Source: Synechococcus sp. UW140 (GTDB taxonomy: Bacteria; Cyanobacteriota; Cyanobacteriia; PCC-6307; Cyanobiaceae). Taken from it: a stretch of DNA of 24,000 bases. Under the pieces are notes generated by a model that saw nothing but the letters and a program-made list of their open reading frames with translations, did no database searches and was not told where the DNA came from. The translations under genes and the position numbers were made by a program. Shown here one piece after another: positions 18,848-24,000 of this stretch; within the stretch, counting starts at the first letter, position 1; every line of letters starts with the position of its first letter. The DNA is taken from the NCBI GenBank assembly GCA_943370565.1, contig CALRRL020000006.1, forward strand, positions 89,157-113,156, written 5' to 3'.

Positions 18848-19788
18848 GCAGGGCTGCGGCACCACCCTCCCACCGCCCCACCGGTCCCCGGCCGGGGGCT
18901 CCAGGCCCCGGGGACCTTGCGTCCAGGGCGGCCCAGTCGTTGGGCCCGGGTCCCCGCGGGCTTCAGGCGGCCCCCCTGGCCAGGGGCCTGCAGCTGGTGC
19001 TGCTGCTGGGGATCGCCCTGGCGATGCTGCTGCCCCTGATCTGGCTGGTGAGCACCTCCCTCAAGGGCCCGGCAGAAGACATCTTCACCAGTCCCCCAGC
19101 CCTGCTGCCCAGCCAGCCCAGCATGGAGGCCTACCTGCGCCTGTTCAGCGACAACCCGATGCTGGGGTACCTCCTCAACAGCACGCTTGTTAGCGGCCTG
19201 GCGGTGGTTGCCAACCTGCTCTTCTGCTCCCTGGCGGCCTACCCCCTGGCGCGGATGCGCTTTGCCGGCCGCGGCCTGGTGCTGGCCCTGGTGGTGGCCA
19301 CGATCCTGATCCCCTTTCAGGTGGTGATGATTCCCCTGTATCTATTGATGGTGCAGCTGGGCCTGCGCAATACCCTGCTGGCCCTGATCCTGCCCCAGGC
19401 CGCCACCGCCTTTGGCATCTTCCTGCTGCGCCAGAGTTTTGCCGGGGTGCCGGCCGAACTCGAAGAGGCGGCCCGCATCGATGGCTGCACGCCCCTGGGC
19501 GAATGGTGGAACGTGATGATTCCCGCGGCCCGGGCCGACCTGATCACCCTGGCGATGTTTGTGTTCATCGGCACCTGGAGCGATTTCCTCTGGCCCCTGG
19601 TGATCCTCGATGACCCCAAGCTCTACACCCTGCCCCTCGGCCTGCAGCAGCTGGCCAGCAGTTTCTCCCTCGACTGGAGATTGGTGGCGGCCGGTTCGGT
19701 GGTCTCGATCCTGCCGGTGCTGGCGGTGTTCATTGGCTTGCAGCGCTATATCCTTCCCAGCGCCTCAGGGGATGCCGTCAAGGGCTGA
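18844..19788 (+). CDS. Carbohydrate-type ABC transporter permease (MalG/CUT1-like)
   Basis: [10 protein letters not shown] is present, with the EAA loop [29 protein letters not shown] and about six hydrophobic segments. The ATG overlaps the leuA stop (ATGA at 18844-18847). The Pro/Arg-rich first ~40 aa make the exact start uncertain. Confidence 0.8.
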   Translation: MSRAAAPPSHRPTGPRPGAPGPGDLASRAAQSLGPGPRGLQAAPLARGLQLVLLLGIALAMLLPLIWLVSTSLKGPAEDIFTSPPALLPSQPSMEAYLRLFSDNPMLGYLLNSTLVSGLAVVANLLFCSLAAYPLARMRFAGRGLVLALVVATILIPFQVVMIPLYLLMVQLGLRNTLLALILPQAATAFGIFLLRQSFAGVPAELEEAARIDGCTPLGEWWNVMIPAARADLITLAMFVFIGTWSDFLWPLVILDDPKLYTLPLGLQQLASSFSLDWRLVAAGSVVSILPVLAVFIGLQRYILPSASGDAVKG

Positions 19789-20706
19789 GTCAGCCCCCTG
19801 AGCCTGGCACCCGGAGCCGGGATGGGGGCTCCAATCCGGGCTCCCCGAGCCCAGTTCCTGCCGCAACCAACGCGCCATGGCCGTGTTGATCGCGAGCAGA
19901 TCGGCCACCGGCTGGTTGGTGAAGGGCAGGGTCTGCAGGTAGCCATCGGGGCCGAATTCCGGCGTCAGGGTGAGGGGCTGGATGGGTCCAGCCGCCTGGC
20001 GGGCGGCCTGGCGAGAGCGCTGGCTTGCGGCAAACAACCGCCAGCAGGCCAGGTGAGCCGCCAACGCCTCGCCGTGTTCCGGCGCAAAGGGATGGTTCAC
20101 CTGGGGCCCCTGGGCGTGGCCGATGCGGGCATGGATGTGGTCCACATGGGCGGCCATGGCCTGGATCGGCGCCAGCTCCGGCGTCATCAGCCGCTCCGCC
20201 ACCACGCACCAGTGGCTGAGGTCGGCCGTGAGCCGCAGGCCCGGGAAGGCCCCAAGCCAGTCGGCCATGGCCCAGGGATGGGCCAGGCTGCGGGAGCGAT
20301 GGGTTTCAAAGCTCACCGCCAGACCACTGGCCTCAGCCAAGGCGATCGCCCGGGGCCAGAAGCGTTCCTGCTGGCGCCAGCTCCAGCTGTCGCTACCGGT
20401 GATCACCGTCACCTTCAGGGGCCGCAGGCTGGGGCAGGCCTCCAGCTGCTGCTCCAGCTCGGCCAGGTGGTCGTCCACGGACGCCGCCAGGTCGGGCACG
20501 TAATCGCCACCGGTGACCAGTTCCAGCACCAGCTTCAGATCAGCCTGGCCCAGCTGGTCGGCGGCGGCGGCCAGGGGGCGCTCGCGAAGCACCGGGTGGC
20601 GCAGGTTCAGCTCCAGGCCATCGAAGCCCCGCGAGCGGGCCTGGTCGATCGCGGCCTCCAGCCGTCCGCTGAACCCCCAGAGGCTGTGGAAGAGGAGCAG
20701 GTCCAT
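19765..20706 (-). CDS. Xylose isomerase-like TIM-barrel protein (sugar phosphate isomerase/epimerase family)
   Basis: GFDGLELNL...VSFETH...ADLSHW...HIHARIG fits the pattern of the AP-endonuclease-2/xylose isomerase-like fold. The 3' end overlaps the convergent permease gene by 24 nt. Confidence 0.7.
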   Translation of the reverse strand: MDLLLFHSLWGFSGRLEAAIDQARSRGFDGLELNLRHPVLRERPLAAAADQLGQADLKLVLELVTGGDYVPDLAASVDDHLAELEQQLEACPSLRPLKVTVITGSDSWSWRQQERFWPRAIALAEASGLAVSFETHRSRSLAHPWAMADWLGAFPGLRLTADLSHWCVVAERLMTPELAPIQAMAAHVDHIHARIGHAQGPQVNHPFAPEHGEALAAHLACWRLFAASQRSRQAARQAAGPIQPLTLTPEFGPDGYLQTLPFTNQPVADLLAINTAMARWLRQELGSGSPDWSPHPGSGCQAQGADSALDGIP

Positions 20707-20825
20707 CGGCGAGGCCTGGGCAGGGGGTCTGGCTGGGGCACTGTTGGCCGGCTGCGGCGGGAGTTCGGTAACGACCGGTACAACCGGCCCCGGCCAGGGG
20801 CGAGACGATCCCGGAGCGGATAGCT

Positions 20826-20960
20826 GTTCCTAGGGTTCCGGCCCAGACCTCCCGGGCAACCGGGTGGCCTGGGTGACTGGTCCGAGAGGGACGCACCGGG
20901 CGGGCCTGCTCCAGCGGGTCTGGCCGGTGGCACGGAGGGATAAAAGCCCGGGAGACCGCC
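20826..20960 (+). promoter_or_regulatory. Guanidine-I (ykkC) riboswitch aptamer in the 5' leader of the arginase-family gene
   Basis: All conserved ykkC blocks are present in order. They are CTAGGGTTCCGG (20830-20841), CTGGTCCGAGAG (20877-20888) and CACGGAGGGATAAAAGCCCGGGAGA (20931-20955). A helix lies between the first two blocks: CCCAG/CTGGG enclosing CCCGG-GCAA-CCGGG. CACCGG/CCGGTG pairing lies before the last block. The element ends 22 nt upstream of the ATG at 20982. Confidence 0.88.
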
Positions 20961-20981
20961 CCCCACAGCCCCCCTGCCTCC

Positions 20982-22172
20982 ATGACGGACGTCCAAGACG
21001 GCTCCAGCCCCTTCGCGCGGCGCCATCCCACCGAGGGCATGGCCGCCCTGGAGAAAGAACTGGCCCTGCCCCTCACCGGCTGGCAACAGGAAGTGGACCA
21101 GGGCATCCGCTACGGCCTGGAAGCGGCCGAAAGCATCGTCGATCGGCGCATCTCCACCTTCTCCCGTGGTGAATTGCCCCATTACGCGGGCATCAACACC
21201 TTCATGAAGGCCCCCTACATCGAGGATGTGCACCGGGTCGGCGAGTTTGATGTGGCGATCGTGGGGGTTCCCCACGACAGCGGCACCACCTATCGACCCG
21301 GCACCCGCTTCGGTCCCCAGGGCATCCGCCGCATCTCCGCCCTTTACACCCCCTACAACTACGAGATGGGCGTGGATCTGCGCGAGCAGATCAAGCTTTG
21401 CGATGTCGGCGACATCTTCACGATTCCGGCCAATAACGAAAAGTCGTTTGACCAGATCTCCAAAGGCATTGCCCACGTGTTCTCCAGTGGCGCCTTCCCG
21501 ATCATCCTCGGCGGCGACCATTCGATCGGCTTCCCCACCGTGCGCGGCGTCTGCCGCCACCTGGGCGACAAGAAGGTGGGCATCATCCATTTCGATCGCC
21601 ACGTCGATACCCAGGAGATCGACCTGGACGAGCGCATGCACACCTGCCCCTGGTTCCATGCCACCAACATGGCCAATGCCCCGGCCGAAAACCTGGTGCA
21701 ACTGGGCATCGGCGGCTGGCAGGTGCCCCGCGAGGGGGTGAAGGTCTGCCGCGAACGCGGCACCAACGTGCTCACGGTCACCGACATCTGCGACATGGGC
21801 CTGGAGGCGGCCGCCCAATACGCGATTGAGCGGGCCACCGATGGCACCGATTGCGTCTACATCTCCTTCGACATCGACTGCATCGATGCTGGCTTTGTGC
21901 CAGGCACCGGCTGGCCCGAACCGGGAGGCCTGCTGCCCCGCGAAGCCCTGAAATTGCTGGAGCTGATCGTGCGCAATGTGCCGGTCTGCGGCCTCGAGAT
22001 TGTGGAAGTGTCGCCCCCCTACGACATCAGCGATATGACCTCGCTGATGGCCACCCGGGTGATCTGCGACACCATGGCCCACCTGGTGGTCAGTGGCCAG
22101 TTGCCCCGCAAGTCAGCCCCCAGCTGGCTGTCGAAGGAATGCAACATGGCCGTCGATCGCAAGTGGAGATAG
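20982..22172 (+). CDS. gdmH: Arginase/ureohydrolase-family enzyme, most likely Ni-dependent guanidine hydrolase (GdmH)
   Basis: The ureohydrolase metal motifs GGDHSIGFP, IHFDRHVD and SFDIDCID are present. There is a ~70-aa N-terminal extension before the core. The motif GTGWPEPGG has Trp where I recall agmatinases having GTGTPE. The gene is preceded by a guanidine riboswitch and followed by HypA/HypB-like genes. Confidence 0.8.
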   Translation: MTDVQDGSSPFARRHPTEGMAALEKELALPLTGWQQEVDQGIRYGLEAAESIVDRRISTFSRGELPHYAGINTFMKAPYIEDVHRVGEFDVAIVGVPHDSGTTYRPGTRFGPQGIRRISALYTPYNYEMGVDLREQIKLCDVGDIFTIPANNEKSFDQISKGIAHVFSSGAFPIILGGDHSIGFPTVRGVCRHLGDKKVGIIHFDRHVDTQEIDLDERMHTCPWFHATNMANAPAENLVQLGIGGWQVPREGVKVCRERGTNVLTVTDICDMGLEAAAQYAIERATDGTDCVYISFDIDCIDAGFVPGTGWPEPGGLLPREALKLLELIVRNVPVCGLEIVEVSPPYDISDMTSLMATRVICDTMAHLVVSGQLPRKSAPSWLSKECNMAVDRKWR

Positions 22173-22175
22173 GCC

Positions 22176-22616
22176 ATGCATGAAGTTGACATGACCAAAT
22201 GCCTGCTCCTCTCCCTGCAGGACTGGAAGCAGCAACACCATCCCCAGGTGCCAACCGTGGCCGTGGTGCATCTGCAGGTGGGGGATTTCACCTGTGTGGA
22301 GCCCGACGCCCTGGTGTTCACCTGGGGGGCCCTGGTGAGTGGCACCTGGCTGGCCGGATCGGAACTGCGCATCGAGCGAACTCCGCTGCTGGCCCGCTGC
22401 CTCCCCTGCGGGGCCAGCTACAGCCCCCTGGCGGAGCAGGCCTACCGCTCCCCCTGCTGCGACCACCCGATGGAGGAGATCCTCAGCGGCCGCGAACTGC
22501 GGATCCGCTCGATCGAGTACAGCCTGCCGGAGCCTGCGGGCGACCAGTCCAGCCCCGGATCGGCAACTCCAGGGACCCGCAAGGCCCAGGAGCTGGTGGC
22601 TGGGGCCCGGGCCTGA
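22176..22616 (+). CDS. HypA-like nickel metallochaperone (GhaA-type accessory protein)
   Basis: It has the N-terminal MHE nickel-binding start (MHEVDMTKCLL), a HypA-like fold pattern and the Cys motifs CLPC ... CCDH. It starts 3 nt after the upstream stop. Confidence 0.8.
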   Translation: MHEVDMTKCLLLSLQDWKQQHHPQVPTVAVVHLQVGDFTCVEPDALVFTWGALVSGTWLAGSELRIERTPLLARCLPCGASYSPLAEQAYRSPCCDHPMEEILSGRELRIRSIEYSLPEPAGDQSSPGSATPGTRKAQELVAGARA

Positions 22617-22780
22617 GTCCAAGCCTGAGCGAGGGGCCATCTGCTGCAATCCCGCTCCAGCCAGGCGGCGCCACTGAGCCAAGCAATCAAGCGCATCAAG
22701 GCCACTCCCTAGCTCGCGGTTGAGGCCATTGCTGGTTTCTTGATTGCCATCCCATTTGACCCTGATTTGCCTGAACTGCC

Positions 22781-23512
22781 ATGCACATGCCCCTAGAAGA
22801 CACCCTTGGCCTCAATTTATTGGCGGCCAACCAACATCAAGCCGAACACAACCGCGAGCATTTTGATGCCTGGAGATTGCTCTGTCTCAATGTGATGAGC
22901 AGCCCGGGGGCGGGCAAAACCTCCCTGCTGGAGCGCAGCCTCGCCCAACTCTCCGAGGAGTTTGCGATGGCGGTGCTTGAAGGGGACATGACCACCCAGC
23001 TCGATGCCGAACGCCTGGAGGCGGTGGGGGTGCCGGTGGTGCCGATCACCACGGGCCGGGCCTGTCACCTCGATGCGGCGATGGTGAGCGGCGGCCTCAA
23101 GCTGCTGGGCCAGCGCCTCGATCCCGCCAGCCTGGATCTGCTGTGGGTGGAAAACGTGGGCAACCTGGTCTGCCCGGCCGAATTCGAGGTCGGCGAACAC
23201 AACAAGGTGGCCCTGCTCAGTGTCACCGAAGGCGAGGACAAGCCCCTCAAGTATCCGGTGATGTTCCGCGAAGCCGATTGCGTGCTGATCACCAAGATTG
23301 ATTTGCTTCCCTATCTGCCGGTGGATGTGGATCGCATTGAAGCCCACATCCGCCAGGTCAATCCCCGCTGCAGCGTGATCCGGGTGTCGGCCAGCAGCGG
23401 TGCCGGCCTGGACAGCTGGCATGCCTGGTTGCGGGCCAGCCATGCCGCCCAGTGCCCGCGCCCCGTTGGGGCATCCCCCCGCTCCGCCCACCCCACCCTG
23501 GTGAACGCATGA
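22781..23512 (+). CDS. HypB-like nickel-dependent GTPase (GhaB-type accessory protein)
   Basis: The P-loop [11 protein letters not shown], the [12 protein letters not shown] metal/switch motif and the guanine-specificity motif TKIDLLP are present. Confidence 0.85.
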   Translation: MHMPLEDTLGLNLLAANQHQAEHNREHFDAWRLLCLNVMSSPGAGKTSLLERSLAQLSEEFAMAVLEGDMTTQLDAERLEAVGVPVVPITTGRACHLDAAMVSGGLKLLGQRLDPASLDLLWVENVGNLVCPAEFEVGEHNKVALLSVTEGEDKPLKYPVMFREADCVLITKIDLLPYLPVDVDRIEAHIRQVNPRCSVIRVSASSGAGLDSWHAWLRASHAAQCPRPVGASPRSAHPTLVNA

Positions 23513-24000
23513 GTAACCCCGACTGGTCCCAGATCAGAGCCGAGCTGGAGCAGAAGGGCGTGCGCTACGCCCTGGCCAGCTTTGTCGATCTGCACGGCAT
23601 GACCAAGGCCAAGGCCGTGCCTTTAGCCCACCTGGGCCAGATGGCCCGGGGCTCGGAACTGTTCACCGGCGCCGCCCTCGATGGTGTGCCCCAGGAGGTG
23701 AGCGATGACGAGGTGGCGGCCCTGCCCGACCCTGCCAGCCTGACGATTTTGCCCTGGCAACGGGAGGTGGCCTGGTTCGCCAGCGACCTGCAGCTGCGCG
23801 GCGAGCCGTTTGCCGCCTGCAGCCGCAACGTGCTGCACCGGGTGCGGGCCGAAGCCGCCGCCATGGGCTATCGCTTCAACCTCGGCATCGAAACGGAATT
23901 CTTCGTGCTGAAGCGCAATGGCGCCGGGGACCTGGTGCCCTACAGCGAACGCGACACCCTGGATAAGCCCGCCTATGACGTGCGCGGCCTGCTCGACAAC
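23509..24000 (+). CDS. Glutamine synthetase family protein (GlnA/PuuA-like), 5' part only; continues beyond the window
   Basis: An open frame runs from ATG 23509 to the window edge, so it is absent from the ORF track. The N-terminal GS beta-grasp pattern is present ([22 protein letters not shown]...[12 protein letters not shown]), followed by GIETEFFV. The ATG overlaps the HypB-like stop (ATGA). Confidence 0.8.
   Translation, partial: MSNPDWSQIRAELEQKGVRYALASFVDLHGMTKAKAVPLAHLGQMARGSELFTGAALDGVPQEVSDDEVAALPDPASLTILPWQREVAWFASDLQLRGEPFAACSRNVLHRVRAEAAAMGYRFNLGIETEFFVLKRNGAGDLVPYSERDTLDKPAYDVRGLLDN

Noticed and set aside
20607-22082. 491-aa minus-strand ORF antisense to the riboswitch and the arginase-family gene (also 15091..16623 opposite the GH57 gene)
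   Set aside because: The opposite strand carries complete ureohydrolase (or GH57) motif sets. The antisense products have no family features.
22176-23512. Reading the HypA/HypB-like pair as hydrogenase maturation genes
   Set aside because: No hydrogenase structural or other hyp genes are nearby. The pair is sandwiched in an operon led by a guanidine riboswitch and an arginase-family enzyme. This matches the GdmH accessory-protein arrangement.
1-24000. Search for CRISPR arrays, transposases/integrases, phage or defence-island content, toxin-antitoxin pairs, tRNA or rRNA genes
   Set aside because: No direct-repeat/spacer arrays, no terminal inverted repeats and no recombinase-like ORFs were seen. 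The only tandem repeats are 15-bp coding duplications inside the CAAD gene. The window looks like conserved core chromosome.

Overview
High-GC (about two-thirds G+C by eye) chromosomal segment with the gene content and order of a picocyanobacterium (Synechococcus/Cyanobium lineage). Supporting signs are the guaB-like / Yfr1 / trxA arrangement, petG next to a cytM-like gene, gyrA next to crtL, and enriched HIP1 (GCGATCGC) palindromes. I support 22 protein-coding genes, including two the ORF track lacks: the 37-aa petG, and a 5'-partial glutamine-synthetase-family gene running off the right edge. I also support one small RNA (Yfr1), one riboswitch and a few terminator hairpins. I found no transposase, integrase, CRISPR array, tRNA or rRNA. 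Most of the window is conserved housekeeping sequence. The many long overlapping or antisense ORFs in the track are GC-driven shadow frames. The most interesting locus is 20826-24000. A very good match to the guanidine-I (ykkC) riboswitch precedes an arginase-family gene, followed by HypA-like and HypB-like genes. This fits the Ni-dependent guanidine hydrolase GdmH with its GhaA/GhaB metallochaperones, as described for Synechocystis Sll1077-1079, not agmatinase plus hydrogenase maturation. A glutamine-synthetase-family gene overlaps the HypB-like stop codon (ATGA). This suggests an uncharacterised extension of the guanidine module, possibly capture of the released nitrogen. Secondary items are listed in the findings. 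They include a roughly 475-bp lower-GC structured non-coding gap between convergent petG and rsmD, and a CAAD/CurT-like protein with a long repeat-containing acidic tail. They also include a cyanobacterial DUF39 protein and an ArsS-like radical SAM gene with no arsM neighbour. All functional calls come from reading motifs by eye. No database search was run.
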